NCBI RefSeq assembly: GCF_009914755.1
Contig: NC_060944.1
DNA from: the human T2T-CHM13v2.0 reference genome, Homo sapiens
DNA: 64,000 nt
Direction: 5' to 3' (one strand)
Of this stretch, positions 1 to 13,319 are shown piece by piece. The notes below the pieces were generated by a model. That model saw only the letters and a program-made list of their open reading frames with translations, was not told the DNA's origin and made no database searches. Both the position numbers and the translations under genes were made by a program. The first letter of the stretch is position 1; each line of letters starts with the position of its first letter.

Positions 1-630
1 CTGTACCCCAGCACCCACAGGGGCTGCTGCTTTCTCTGAATTGGAAGACTCAGAGTGCAAACCTGCCTGACCCAGCCCCCACCTGGCTTTGTTCTGCCAC
101 CTGCCCTGGTAGCTTAATACAAAAAACAGAAACTCTTGGAAGCTCTATGGCCCCAACTATTGCCTGAGAAACCAGAGGGCAATCTAAAGCAAGCAAAAAT
201 CCCACTGCTACTACCATAGCTGGTGCTTTTTTGCAAGCACCACCTCCGGGCTGGAGGCCAACCAACACAGTCCATTATAGCATCTCCCGGTAGAATAACA
301 CTGCACCTAGGAAGGAGAAAATGGCTGAGGAATCTCAGCTATCACCACTGCCTGTACCCCTCTGACTAACCAGGAGGTACTGATTCTGTCCAAGTGACCA
401 GTTCAGTGCTACTATAACCAGTGTTCAAGAAAACCAACACACTAAGGCTATCAATAACCAAGGAATCTCACAGAGTCTGCATCACTCCCCTGCTACCCTC
501 ATGACTGGTGTGGCTACCCACTGCTGGGAGACTTGAGGACAGGCCACATCACCAGATCTCTTGCAGACATTCCCCAGTACTGGCCTGGAGTGTGGCAACT
601 TCACTGGGCAGCTAGATCCAGAGGAGCATT
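1..630 (+). mobile_element. Old L1 5'-region fragment
   Basis: GC-richer sequence resembling L1M/L1PB 5' ends; subfamily not resolved. Confidence 0.45.
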
Positions 631-639
631 TGAGAATTC

Positions 640-2228
640 TCAGTGCCCTACTCTAAAAGAGTTTGCTGCTATAGTGGCATGACATTTTTAGGGGTGAGCT
701 TGCAGGGTTATTTCTCAGGTCAGGGTTGTGTGCATGCAGTTGGTGGATCACCCAGTTGTGGTCTGGCTCACTGGCATTGGAACCAGGGTGCCATGATACC
801 AACAGGGAACATGGGTATATGTTTGCTGGGCCAGCATGAGGCATGCCTGCCAGGAGTGGCATATGTAGCTGTTTCTCAGTCTCAGGACATGGATGCACAG
901 CTGCTCAGATAGCCTGAGGTCACGTCTGTCAGGAGCAGCCCACTGGGCTGTTTCTCAGGCCGAAGACATGGGTACAAGGCTACTTGGGTAGCCTAGTGGC
1001 ATGTCTGCTGGAGGAGGGAACAGGGCTGCCTCTTTGGCCTTTGACACAGCTGCATGGCTGCTTGGCTAGTCTTTGGGCATTTCTGTGAGGGGTGGCACAA
1101 GAAGTGGTTTTGTTGTCCCAGGGTCCAAGCATGGGGCTTCTTGTTAGGCCTTGGGGCATGCCCACCAAGGCAGACTGTGGAGTTCTTTCTCAGTGGTGAG
1201 ACAAAGGCCCATAGCTGCTTGGCTGGCCTGGGCATATCCACCAGGGGTGGCCATTGGCTGTTTCTCAAGTTTGGGACATGGACTCTTTGCTACTTGGGCA
1301 GTCTGGGGTCATGCCCACTAAGGGTAGCTTGTGGGACTGTTTCTCAGGCCCTTATTTAAAAGATTGGGTCACTGGGCAAGCCATGGATGTATCTGTGGAG
1401 GGCAAGGGTGCTGCAGGGCTGTTTCTCAGGTATTGAGGGAGGACCATATCAGCTGCTTGGAGCTCAGGGGCCCCTCCTGCTTAGTAGAGGGTATGTGGCA
1501 GTTTGGCTAGTTCAAGGACAGGCTTACTTGGTACGACTGGACAATTATTCCCCAGCTGAAATGCAGTGGCATGAGTTGGTTTCCCTGCTGTGCCAGAATA
1601 GAGTCACAGCCAATCCTGGGCTCGAACTCTGCACAGCTGGGGTTGTGGAGTTCAGCCACTATGTGACCTTGGCGTAATGAAGATGGAGCCCAAATGCTGG
1701 AGAAGTGTGGTTGTCAGAAGTTCCAGAGGAGGCTACACTCCAGAGGGGGCTCTGTTGTCAAGATGGGACTGTGCTGCGGCAGCTTGGCCCAAGTGGGTGA
1801 GTGGGATGTGGGTAGTGCACACCTTGTGCCCCTAATGCAGGGCAATACAGCTGTGTGAATTCCCAGCAGCTCTCCAAACTGGGCTCAGGACTTTAAAGGA
1901 CTGTGGGATTCTCCTCTTGTAAGGATAGTACATGTTTGCAGTCACAAGGTGACTGGTGGGGACCTTCTCCTTACATTTTCCCTGCAACAGGAAGACCCTC
2001 TTGGCTCCAGACAGATCTGATCCGAGTGGAGGGAGACAGGACTGCAAAAACCAGATGCCTCTGCACTGCCCTCCTGAACTTCTAATCACCACGGTTCATC
2101 TCCACTCCCCCATGCACTCCAGCACTCTCCCTTTGACACTCCAACCAAATCTTAGCTGTTTGTTACCTTGACCCTTTATTCTGGTGGGGATGAGCACCAT
2201 GGGTCTCTAGTTATCCATCTTGCTGACT
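640..2228 (-). mobile_element. Old L1 5'UTR block (unit 1 copy)
   Basis: Internally repeated GGCTGTTTCTCAGG motif. Homologous to 20090-20900 and 37240-38690, where the block adjoins L1 ORF1 sequence. Confidence 0.7.
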
Positions 2229-3147
2229 GCCAAATTTTCTATTTCTTCATAGTTAAATCTTGATAGCTTACAGGGGTCTAGGAATTTATCAGTTTCTTCT
2301 AGGTTATCTAATTGTTAGTATATAGTTGTTCATGAGTCTCTAATGATCTTTGCATTTCTGTGGTATCAGTTGTAATGTCTCCTTTTTCATCTCTGATTTT
2401 ATTTAATTGAGTCTTCTTTTTTTTGTTTTACTTAGTCTAGCTAAAAGTTTGGTGATTTTGTTTGTCATTTCCAAAAACCAACTCTTTGTTTTATTGATCT
2501 TTTGTATTGTGTTTGTAGTCTCCATTTTTATTATTTCTACTATATCCGTATGATTTCTTTCCTTCTAGTATTATTACAATTAGTTTTCTCTTTTCTTTTT
2601 CTTATTACTTGTGGTGCCACATTAGGTTGTTTATTTGAGATTTTTTTTCTTTTTTGTGTAGGCATTTATTGCTGTAACTTTCTGTCTTAGAACTATTTTT
2701 ACTGTATCTCATAGCCTTTGATACATTGTGTTTCTACTTTAGCTTGTCTCGAAGAAATTTTTATTTCCTTTTTAATTTCTTCTTTGACCAGTTGGTTGTT
2801 CAGGAGCATGTAGTTTAATTTCCATGTATTTGTGTATTTTCTGAAGTTCCTTCTTTTATTAATTTCTAGTTTGATAGTAATGTGGTCAGAAAAGATACTT
2901 GATATGGTTTCAATCTTCATAAAAATGTTAAGACTTGTTTTGTGGCCTAACATATAATAATCTATTTTGGAGAATATTTCTTGTGCAGTTGAGAAGAACA
3001 TGTGTTCTGGAGTTGTTTAATAAACTTTTCTGTATACGCCCTTAAAGTCTATTTAGTCTAGAGTGCAGCTTATATCTCACAGGTCTTTGCAGATTTTCTG
3101 TCTGGGTGATCTGTCCATTGCTATTACAGGGTTTTGAAATCCTCTAA

Positions 3148-3555
3148 TGATATAGTTTGGATATCCGTCCCCTCCAAATCTCATGTTAAAATGTGACCAT
3201 CAGTGTTGGAAGTGCAGCCTAGTGTGAGGTGTTTGGGTTATAGGGCTAGATCCCTCATGAATGGCCTGGTGCTATCCCCGCAGTAATGAGTGAGTTCTCA
3301 CTCTCTTAGTTCACATGAAGACTGCTTGTTTAAAAGACCCTGGCATCTTTCTTTCTCCCTCTCTCACCATGTGATACACTGGCTCCCAATCCCTTCCATC
3401 ACGATTAAATACTTTATGTGGCATCACCAGAAACTGAGCAGATGCTGGCACCAGGCATCTTAGCCTGCAGAACTTTGAGCCAAACAAACCTCTTTTCTGT
3501 ATACATTCTCTAGTCTCAGGTATTGTTTTATAGTAATGCTAAATGCCCTAAAACA
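3148..3555 (+). mobile_element. MaLR LTR (MST-type)
   Basis: Starts TGATATAGTTTGG...CCAAATCTCATGTT and ends ...CTAAAACA; inserted into the L1. Confidence 0.85.
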
Positions 3556-4685
3556 CCTACTATTATTGTATGCAGAGATCTCTCTTCAGAATATTTGCTT
3601 TATATCTTTAGGTGCTTGGATTTGGTGTGCATACGTACTTACGATTTCTGTATTATCTTGCTGAATTGACCTCTTTAGCATTATATAATGATCTTCTTTA
3701 TGTCTTTTTACATTTTTGACTTAAAGTCTATTTGATCTGATATAAGTGTTGCTACTCCTGCTCTCTTTTGGTTTCCACTTGTGTGGAATGTTTTTTCCAT
3801 CCATTATCGTTCAGTCTATGTGTGTAATTACCAGTATGGTTGCCTCTTTTAGGAAGCCTATTGATGTATCTTATTTTTTTCCCATTCATCCACTCTAGGC
3901 ATTTAATTAGTGAATTTATTTACCTTCAAGATAATTATTCATAGGTAAGGACTTACTACTGCCACTTTTTCATTGTTTTCTAGTTGCTTTGGTGATTCTT
4001 TCTTTCTTTCTTTCTTTCTCTCTTATTGCCTTCCACTATGATTAAGTTAGTTTCTCTAGTAGTATATTTTGATACTTATTTTTTATTTTTAGGGCGTCTA
4101 TTAAAAATGTTGTCTTTGTGGCTAACATGAGGCCTTTAAAAAAAATCCTGTAGCTATCACAAGTGATTTTAACCTGATAATAATTTGTTTGATTACAAAA
4201 CATAAAACTACACCTTACCACCACTTCCCTCCCCGCATTTTGATATTTTCATGTCACAATTAACAGCTTTTATGTGCCATATACATTAACAATTTATTGT
4301 AGTTATTATTAATTTCAAGTTTTATCTTTTAGCCTTCATACTAAAGATAGAAGTGATTTATACATCACCATTATAGTATCACAGTATTCTGAATTTTGAC
4401 TGTGTAATTAATTTTATTAGTGAGTTCTACACTTTTAGATTATTTTGTATTACTCATTAGCATCCTTTTCTTTCACCTTGAAGAACTCCTTTAGCATTTC
4501 TTGTAAAATAGGTCTGATGGTGACATACTTCCTCACCTTTGTATGTCTAGGAAAGTTTTCATTTCTCTGTCATTTCTGAAGAACAGCTTTGCTGAGTATA
4601 GTATGCTTGGATGGTTTTCTTTTTTTTCATTACTTTGATAATATTATTCCACTCTCCTCTGATCTTTAATGTTCCCTTTGAGAAA

Positions 4686-5166
4686 TATGATTTGATTGCA
4701 GCACTATTCATACTAGCAAAAACATGGAATCGACTTAGGTGCCCATCAATGGTGGATTGGATAAAGAAAATATGGTGTATATACACCATGGAATACTACA
4801 CAGTCATAAAAAATAAATAAAATCATGCATTTGCAGCAACATGGATGCAGTGGGAGGCCATTATCCTAAGTAGATTAATGCAGGAAGAGAAAACTATATA
4901 CCACATGTTCTCAGTTATAGAGGGGAGCTAAATGTCAGATACTCATGAACATAAAGATGGAAATAATACACACTGAAGACTACTAGAGGAGAGAAGGAGG
5001 GAGGGAAGGGGACAAGGGTTGAAAAACTAAATGTTGGGTATTATAGTCAGTATCAGAATGACAGGAAAATTCATACCCCGAGCTTCAGCATCATGCAATA
5101 TACCCAGGTAACAAATTTGCACACTTGGCCCCTGAATGTAAAATAACAGTTGAAAAAGAAAAAAAA
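4686..5166 (+). mobile_element. L1 3' end (L1PA15/16-like) with A tail
   Basis: TGCAGCACTATTCA...ATGGAATACTAC...CCCCTGAATGTAAAATAA followed by an A-rich tail. Confidence 0.85.
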
Positions 5167-5335
5167 GGTCTGATGTGAAGTGTATTGGAACTGTTTTGCA
5201 TTTTATTTGCTTCTTTTCTTTTGCTGCTTCAGTATCATTTATTTGTCTTTGATCTTTCACAGTTTAATTATTATATGTCTAGTCTTTTTTGAATTGAATG
5301 TGATTGGTGACTGTTGACCATCCTGCACTTTGACT

Positions 5336-5418
5336 ACATATATATATATATAATAGACACATACATATATATATAATATATATGTATATATGTATATGTA
5401 TATATATGGGTGTATATA

Positions 5419-5471
<53 letters not shown>
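5336..5471. repeat. (TA)n/(TG)n compound microsatellite
   Basis: Seen directly. Confidence 0.95.
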
Positions 5472-5474
<3 letters not shown>

Positions 5475-8400
5475 CTCCTCAGATTTGGAAAGTTTTCTGT
5501 TATTACTTATTTAATAAGCTTTCTTTACTTTTCCATTTATCTTTCTCTAACTTCTCTTGAATGCCAGTAAATTGTCCCTTTGCTCACTTAATGCTATTCC
5601 ATACATCTCATAAGTTTCCTTCATTCTATTCTTTTTTCTTTTTTCCTTTTCTGAGTATATATTGTCAAATAACCTGTATTCAAGCTCACAGATTATTCCT
5701 TCTGCTTGATCATTTCTGGTGTTAATGCACTCTATTGCACTTTTCACACTTTTCATTTTATTCATTGCATTCTTCAGCTCCTATATTAACATTAGATATT
5801 AAATGTTATCATTTTTACCCTTTGTTACATCTCTCTTTCTGGTCACTTATTGTTTTCATCATTTCATTTAATTATTTATCTGTATTTTATTAAAGTTCTT
5901 TGAGCTTCCTTAGAACAGCCATTTTAAATTCTCTTTCAGGCAGGTCATACATCTCCATGTCTTTGGGGCCAATCAATGGTATCTTATTTTGTTCATTTGG
6001 TACCTTATTTTGTTAATTTGGTGTCATCAGTTTTCCCCGATTGTTCTTGATCCTTGTGATTGTGCATTGATGTCTGCACATTGAAGAAGTAGGTACTTAT
6101 TGAATTGCAGGTAGGTACTTGAATGCAGATATTGAATTTAAGGTAGGTACTTACTCCAGTTTGGCTTTGTCTGAGAATGTCCCTCAACTCTGTCCGGAAA
6201 TTCTAGGCAGATCATCTGTTCTAGGTTTGTAAGCCTGTGACTGTTTCAGTCATTGCAGCACAAGGAGATGTCATAAACCCAGGACCACCATGGCCAGTTC
6301 TGCACCAGGCTGTAACCCATGGCTGCAGAGGCTGGCACAATGATGGAATGCATTCCCAACTCCTCCTCACTGATACCTGCCTACGTATGTTGGTTATTCA
6401 TAATCCAAGGCTGCTGTAGTTGGCTGCCAGTGGTACAGGTAAGAACGCAAGTCTATCTCACAGGAACTATGTGTTCCTCTCTGCTGCTGGGGCAGGTCTT
6501 GCTGCTTAGGCCACAGGTATTCAAGCAGGGTCACTATGGGTGTCCTCCCAGTGCTGAATTTTACTATTATAGACTAGTATTTTGTTCCGTGAAAAAGTCC
6601 AAGCCTTACTTCATTCCCTTCCCCCCAAAAGAAAGTAGCTCTCTCTGCACTGTGCTGCCTGTGATTGGGTTAGGGGTGATACAGGAAACAAAATTGTCTT
6701 TCGTGCCCTCTTCAATGTGTATTTTTAATTATTATACTATAATCAGGTTCTGTAATATCTCATCTGGCCTGTTTAGCTTTTGAGAAACTATTATCATATG
6801 TGGATAATTATTAAATTCGACGTTTTGGAGGGTATAATCTCTGGGGAGTCCTACTCTACCAGGTTTTTCTGCCCATTCCCCAAAAATAACTATATTTGAA
6901 TCTTTTCTAAGTTGTAAAGTGATTTCCCATAGAATTGAGCAAAATACATTTAAGTCCTCCTGTTTTCTTCTTTTCCTATGAGTATAAAACTTTCAGATTT
7001 TTGTGCCAATTTAGTGCACTTTAATATTTTTGCATTTTTTATTTGTCCAACAGGACAAATCATTTGATCACTTAATCTTTTCCCCCATCATAATTCCATA
7101 TCTAAGATGTATGCATCACCATACCATTTTTATGCTTTCCAAATCACTGATTTCTGATTTCAACTTTATCAATACATTCCTTTATCATTTGGAAATGTTT
7201 TTTTCCACATTTCATTGAATTCAATTCTAATATGAATATAGTAATCACATGTTTTGCTTGGATTGCATTTTCCTGGTTTGTTTTTGCAAATATTGTGCCC
7301 TTTTGTTTTATCTGCATCTTTTGGACACTAGATGAGATGAAAGTTTTGTTCTTGATCCATAAGTAAGATTAATATTTCAGACTCTATTTTGTATCAGTAA
7401 GTTTGGAACAGAACAGTTTCTGGTATTTTCTTAAGGGAAGTGTGAGGAAGATTACAGTGGTTAGCAGACACAGTAATCAATTTTAGTTCAGAACAATATC
7501 ACCTTACTCTGTTGGGGTTTCTGCAATAAGGAACTACTTACTGCCTTTGAGGCAAACAGATAAATTTGGTAAGATCTCAGAGTGGCTCATAGAGAAACCA
7601 TGCAGCTCACATGATTTATGTTTGATAGCATAGCACTTTTTTTCTGTGGTTGGCCTTTCTCTTTTCCCCTTCCATAGAGCATTGCCTACAGGAAGGTTAA
7701 GATTCTAAGACAGAATAATTGAAAATAAGTTTTCAAGCTATCCTTTCCCCAGCACTACCCTCCAAGGTGTTCTGAATGTACACAGGGACACTGTTGGGAT
7801 GCTTTCTTCTTCTCCTGTGGTCTGCTCATAACGAAGTCTTTATGACTCAAAGTAAAGAAAGTTTCTTCAGACTTTTCAGGATGTCATCACAATTGGAAAA
7901 ATCTATGCTTCTACCAAAGGTGGGAATTTTAGCTTCATGTCCACTCACAATACATTATTCAATTCATTGATGGTGGCAAATATTTCTCACAGCCTGTTTG
8001 GGGATTCAGCTGTTTACTACTGAAGTAGAAACTTCTCTTAATTAAAAAGAAAATTCTGCTGTTTAGGTAGATTTCATGAAAAGAACCCAATCTAGAAACC
8101 AGCATTTTTACTTTTTTTCCAACAGTTGTTCCTATCACCATGAAAGCATATTAAAATTCTTTCATCCTTTGAAAACACATCTGGAACTTACCTCACCCTC
8201 CAGATACAGCCTCAGCTCTCACTCCACCATGAATTCAGACTTCCTGAGAAGGTTGCAGCTGGTCTCCATCCTTCAACTGACAACCCAATGCAATTGTATT
8301 CATCTCTCATTAAAGTTACTAGCAACAACTAAGAAAAACTTTGGATACATGTCAGTCTTTATTGTGTTGAACTTGACAGACATATTTGACATTGGAGTGC

Positions 8401-8799
8401 CCCATTTACTTGTTTAAAATTTCTTTCTTTGGATTCCATAACGTTTCATTATCTTCTATATCATTGGACTTCTATGATTGCTCATTCTTAGGTAAAATAG
8501 AACGTGTCTCAAGATCATTTTTAAAACAAAAGGAAGTATGGAGTTCTATCTAAAATAGAGTATTTAAATTATTGCATCATGAAGGGAAACTCACATTTAG
8601 AATATAAAGGCATTCTCAGAAACCAATTGCTTTTGTAGCCTGAAGCCAGTCTCTTTCCTACTTTTGTCTATAATTCTGTAAAATTAAAGTGATCTGGCAT
8701 GATGATCTAAAAGGACTGATAAAAATTTGCTGGGGCTGCCAGAAGAAAGAAAATGCCTTTGACATTATGTTGCTGGGGACATTGACTTTGTCCCACACT

Positions 8800-8946
8800 C
8801 AGCAGGGGTGAGGAAGTTGGCATTTACTGATAAGCTAAGAAAAGTCAGTGCCTTTTGTAATTTAAGCTCCACCCATGGCACACTCACTCAAGGAAGATAT
8901 AAATGACAAGGTCGGCTCAGCTCTCAGACAAGGTTTTCCAAGCAAG
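8800..8946 (+). promoter_or_regulatory. SEMG1: SEMG1 core promoter and 5'UTR
   Basis: TATAAA at 8898-8903, 49 nt upstream of the ATG. The motif AGCAGGGGTGAGGAAG-TGGCATTTACT (about 8801-8828) is conserved in the SEMG2 promoter. Confidence 0.85.
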
Positions 8947-10579
8947 ATGAAGCCCAACATCATCTTTGTACTTTCCCTGCTCCTCATCTTGGAGAAGCAA
9001 GCAGCTGTGATGGGACAAAAAGGTGAGTGGAGAGGGTAAGCCTTGGGGAAAGCTGCTCAGACAGCTAATAATCTAAGATTATTTGGGGTGCAAACAGTAA
9101 CCTGTTTAGGCACAGATTCTTCTCTTTGAAGAGAATTGATTTTCTCCACCCAAAGCTTCAGCTTTTCTAGAAATATCAATAATTTGTTGGGGGAAAAGTG
9201 GGGGGTAAGAGTTGTAAGGGAGCTTTGGAGATAATGAATGCATACCTTCTTATTATCAATTACCAGGTGGATCAAAAGGCCGATTACCAAGTGAATTTTC
9301 CCAATTTCCACACGGACAAAAGGGCCAGCACTATTCTGGACAAAAAGGCAAGCAACAAACTGAATCCAAAGGCAGTTTTTCTATTCAATACACATATCAT
9401 GTAGATGCCAATGATCATGACCAGTCCCGAAAAAGTCAGCAATATGATTTGAATGCCCTACATAAGACGACAAAATCACAACGACATCTAGGTGGAAGTC
9501 AACAACTGCTCCATAATAAACAAGAAGGCAGAGACCATGATAAATCAAAAGGTCATTTTCACAGGGTAGTTATACACCATAAAGGAGGCAAAGCTCATCG
9601 TGGGACACAAAATCCTTCTCAAGATCAGGGGAATAGCCCATCTGGAAAGGGAATATCCAGTCAATATTCAAACACAGAAGAAAGGCTGTGGGTTCATGGA
9701 CTAAGTAAAGAACAAACTTCCGTCTCTGGTGCACAAAAAGGTAGAAAACAAGGCGGATCCCAAAGCAGTTATGTTCTCCAAACTGAAGAGCTAGTAGCTA
9801 ACAAACAACAACGTGAGACTAAAAATTCTCATCAAAATAAAGGGCATTACCAAAATGTGGTTGAAGTGAGAGAGGAACATTCAAGTAAAGTACAAACCTC
9901 ACTCTGTCCTGCGCACCAAGACAAACTCCAACATGGATCCAAAGACATTTTTTCTACCCAAGATGAGCTCCTAGTATATAACAAGAATCAACACCAGACA
10001 AAAAATCTCAATCAAGATCAACAGCATGGCCGAAAGGCAAATAAAATATCATACCAATCTTCAAGTACAGAAGAAAGACGACTCCACTATGGAGAAAATG
10101 GTGTGCAGAAAGATGTATCCCAAAGCAGTATTTATAGCCAAACTGAAGAGAAAGCACAGGGCAAGTCTCAAAAACAGATAACAATTCCCAGTCAAGAGCA
10201 AGAGCATAGCCAAAAGGCAAATAAAATATCATACCAATCTTCAAGTACGGAAGAAAGACGACTCCACTATGGAGAAAATGGTGTGCAGAAAGATGTATCC
10301 CAACGCAGTATTTATAGCCAAACTGAAAAGCTAGTAGCAGGCAAGTCTCAAATCCAGGCACCAAATCCTAAGCAAGAGCCATGGCATGGTGAAAATGCAA
10401 AAGGAGAGTCTGGCCAATCTACAAATAGAGAACAAGACCTACTCAGTCATGAACAAAAAGGCAGACACCAACATGGATCTCATGGGGGATTGGATATTGT
10501 AATTATAGAGCAGGAAGATGACAGTGATCGTCATTTGGCACAACATCTTAACAACGACCGAAACCCATTATTTACATAA
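8947..10579 (+). CDS. SEMG1: Semenogelin-1, 462 aa; coding exons 8947-9022 and 9267-10579
   Basis: ATG at 8947 opens signal peptide [25 protein letters not shown]. Donor AG|GTGAGT at 9022/9023, acceptor CCAG|G at 9266/9267, TAA at 10577-10579. 76+1313=1389 nt = 462 aa + stop. Gln/Lys/Ser/His-rich with 60-aa repeats and a single Cys at codon 239 (9905-9907), as in the recognised SEMG1 protein. Confidence 0.99.
10029..10388 (+). repeat. Two 180-nt (60-aa) coding tandem repeats in SEMG1
   Basis: 10031-10147 and 10211-10327 are nearly identical ([30 protein letters not shown]...), offset exactly 180 nt. Confidence 0.95.
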
Positions 10580-11493
10580 ACCTACCATTCGGTAACCATG
10601 TGAAAGGATGGACCAATATCAAGGTAATTTTTTTTTAGCAAATAGGGGAGATATCTCTCTCATTGTTTAGAATTGTTGGGGACTCTCCAGGACTTTTGTG
10701 GGATTGATAACCATTGTTCGCACCAATAGAAGTGCTGTATAACAAGTGGTAGGAAGATGAGCCTCCCCATTCCCTGGTGAGGAGAGGGTCTGGTAGTGGC
10801 ACAGAAGGATGTTTGGCCTATCATGAGGTCCTAGAATTCCTATCCTTAATTGAATATTCTTCAATAATATTTTTTTGTATATGCCTACCTGCTAAAGGTT
10901 TTTTTGAACAGGTACTGACTACATATGCATATTTATAAGTTTATGGTATACTCTTGTCAGTTCTTATACTTTAGATTAGTAAACCTCAGTTTCTTTCCTA
11001 TATAGTATAAAGGATTACAGCCATTAATGTTTTCTTTCTGCACACCAGTGAATGTTCTTGCATCCCTGTTAGGGTTCATCTATGCTCCTTCAGAGACCAC
11101 AAGCCCAAAGACTATCAGTCCTCCCTCTCAGAATACAGGAAAGAGATATGTAGAAAGATCCTTGTTCATGTTGTGAAAGAGAAGATGGAAAGGGAGACAC
11201 AAGAGATGGTGAGGGATCTCATGGGCCAATTGGGTGTTTACAACATCAGGAGAAGAAAACTGAAGCCCTGAGAGGGGTAATGGTGCTTCCCTGCCTCTTT
11301 GCAGTAAGTAACACTGCACTTGAAGAGAGGGCAAGCAGTAGAAACAGTGGCCCCAGCTGGCAACTAGTGGCCTGGTATCCTAGTAGTAGAGGGCTGGTAC
11401 AGTTGGAGCTGAAGGGGACAGGGGGCCCAGCTACCATCCCCACCCTTCACTTTTTACTATACTCACATCACTGATTCTCTTCTTTCTCTCTAG

Positions 11494-11661
11494 GTGTCAG
11501 TTGACCTCAGTGAATTCTGTGATGTTTCTGAGATGCAGACTCCCGTGTAGTTTCAGATTCTTGGTCCATGGATGACACCACCTGCCCATGCTTCCTTGAA
11601 TTAGGCTTTCCTAACCTGAAGCGCCTTCAAACTTCCAATAAAGAGATCATTTTCTGCTTCA
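11494..11661 (+). other. SEMG1: SEMG1 non-coding exon 3 (3'UTR)
   Basis: Exon 2 donor AAG|GTAATT at 10623/10624. Pyrimidine tract plus TAG|G acceptor at 11493/11494. Paralogous to 26186-26352. The 3' end is approximate. Confidence 0.9.
11637..11642 (+). terminator. SEMG1: SEMG1 polyadenylation signal AATAAA
   Basis: AATAAA near the end of exon 3, followed by T-rich sequence; same position as in the SEMG2 paralogue. Confidence 0.9.
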
Positions 11662-12471
11662 TCTGCTTTTGACTCCTGTTTTCTCTGGATTCCTAGTGGC
11701 TCAAGGGGTTGAGGGCATTTCTAATGTAAGTGGTTTTGAAAGAAAATAAAGGGATATTTTTGAAGCACTAGGGAGAATAGTAATCAAAGCCACATTTCAA
11801 GATATATTGATAGAAACCAACACTAAAAATAGGGTGCTGTTAGTCTACCAGTCACATGTCTACCACCTGAGGCCAACACTAAAGGCTTTCATGACCCTGG
11901 TACTAATAAGACCCCAGGAACTAAAAATATCCCAGAAAGACAAGAGAAAATGTATTGCAACAGGCCCTGGGAAAGTCCCTGATCTGCTGGTGATCAATTC
12001 CACAGTAGCACATCCCTTCAATTAGCTTAAGAATGTCTTACGCCTACAGTATCCATTGAGATGCAATTACACCAAAGGTGATATGTTAAATCTGCACAAC
12101 TTCAGTAACAGCAAGTGGGTTAAAATGTCACCTGTGGATGGAAAGACCAGATGACCAGTCAAAGGAATCTTGAGGCAGGTGGTGTCTTCATAATGGAAAT
12201 ACTGCTGCCTATACTGCCTTTTCCCCCTCTATTTTAAAAAAGTTTCCAGAGAAATCTAAACCTTCAGGAGAAGAGGCCAACATAGGGGAGTGAGAAAATC
12301 ACAAGCCTAAGAATAAGAGATTTGGATTGTAGTTCCAATTCTGCCATAATAACCTGTATATCTTTACCTAAATATGTTCTTCCCTGCAAGCTTAAGTCCC
12401 ACATCTGCAACATGGAAAAGTTTGACACAGCAATCTTCATAGTACATATTGACTCAAAATTGTAGACATTC

Positions 12472-12645
12472 AAAAGAAAGAAAGAAGAAAGAAAGAAAGA
12501 GAGAGAGAGAGAAAGAGAAGAAAGAAAGAAAGGAGAGAGAGAGAGACAGAAAGGAAAGGAAAGGAAAGAGGGAGGGAAGGAGGGAAGGAAGGAAGGAAGG
12601 AAGGAAGGAAGGAAGTAAGAAGGAAGGAAAAAGAAAGAAAGGAGG
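12472..12645 (+). repeat. Polypurine (GAAA/GGAA) tract
   Basis: Seen directly. Confidence 0.95.
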
Positions 12646-13319
12646 TCAATAAGACCTTAAAGACGGTGTCTAATGCTGCAGTAAATTTGGTAGGGCCAGA
12701 ATAGGTCAGATGGACATGAATGCTTCAGAATGACACAGGCCTACTCGGAGTAGAGATTGGTACTGTTGTCCACCCTCAAAACCATGGATCATATAGGCCC
12801 AGAGTTGGGTTAGCCTGGGCCCCACATACAACAACCAAGGAGCCATAAGTTTATTAAGAGTCATGACGTCTTCCAGGAGAAGCAAATCATTCCCTAAGCT
12901 AGCCAACAGCTTGAAAGTCAGTAGGTCAGCTTCATCAAAAGAGCCAAAAGAGTAGGTGTAGTTATGTTTGTCCATCACCACAGCCAGGCAGCCGGTTATG
13001 TGTGTATTATGAAGTCATAAAATCTACCAAGTATGTCATTGCTAAGAATTAGTATAGATCAGCCAATAAATATGTATGTGGTTGTGCTGTGGGCCCACAG
13101 GTACCCATCTCCACTTCTCACACACATGCAGCACACGCATACAGGGCTGAATGGCCCCTGTGCTACAATAGCTTGGTGAGGAAGAAATTGTAGAGAATTA
13201 GCAATTGCTTACCATAAATTCTCCTTTTAGTTCTATTTCTTTGGCTGTATGACTCCAGCAAAGCATTTGTTGTTGTTTTCTTTGCCTCATAGGTACAATA
13301 AAAGTATTGTTTCCTGATG

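Larger units (their letters stand above)
2230..6875 (-). mobile_element. Old L1 (ORF2 endonuclease region, ORF1 and 5' end), interrupted by a MaLR LTR, a younger L1 3' end and a microsatellite
   Basis: Minus-strand peptides FSKIDYYMLGHKTSLN...NTWKLNYMLLN (ORF2-like) and ICELEYRLFD...YEMYGIALS (ORF1-like). Confidence 0.85.

Noticed and set aside
860-1435. Regularly recurring GGCTGTTTCTCAGG motif resembling an array (also at 20300-20860 and 37290-37780)
   Set aside because: Internal repetition of an old L1 5'UTR. Spacing is irregular and the spacers are related to each other; it is not CRISPR-like, and this is a eukaryotic genome.
7404-7421. Possible androgen response element GGAACAGAACAGTTTCT (paralogue at about 21327)
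   Set aside because: Half-site spacing and sequence do not fit AGAACAnnnTGTTCT; it cannot be supported from sequence alone.
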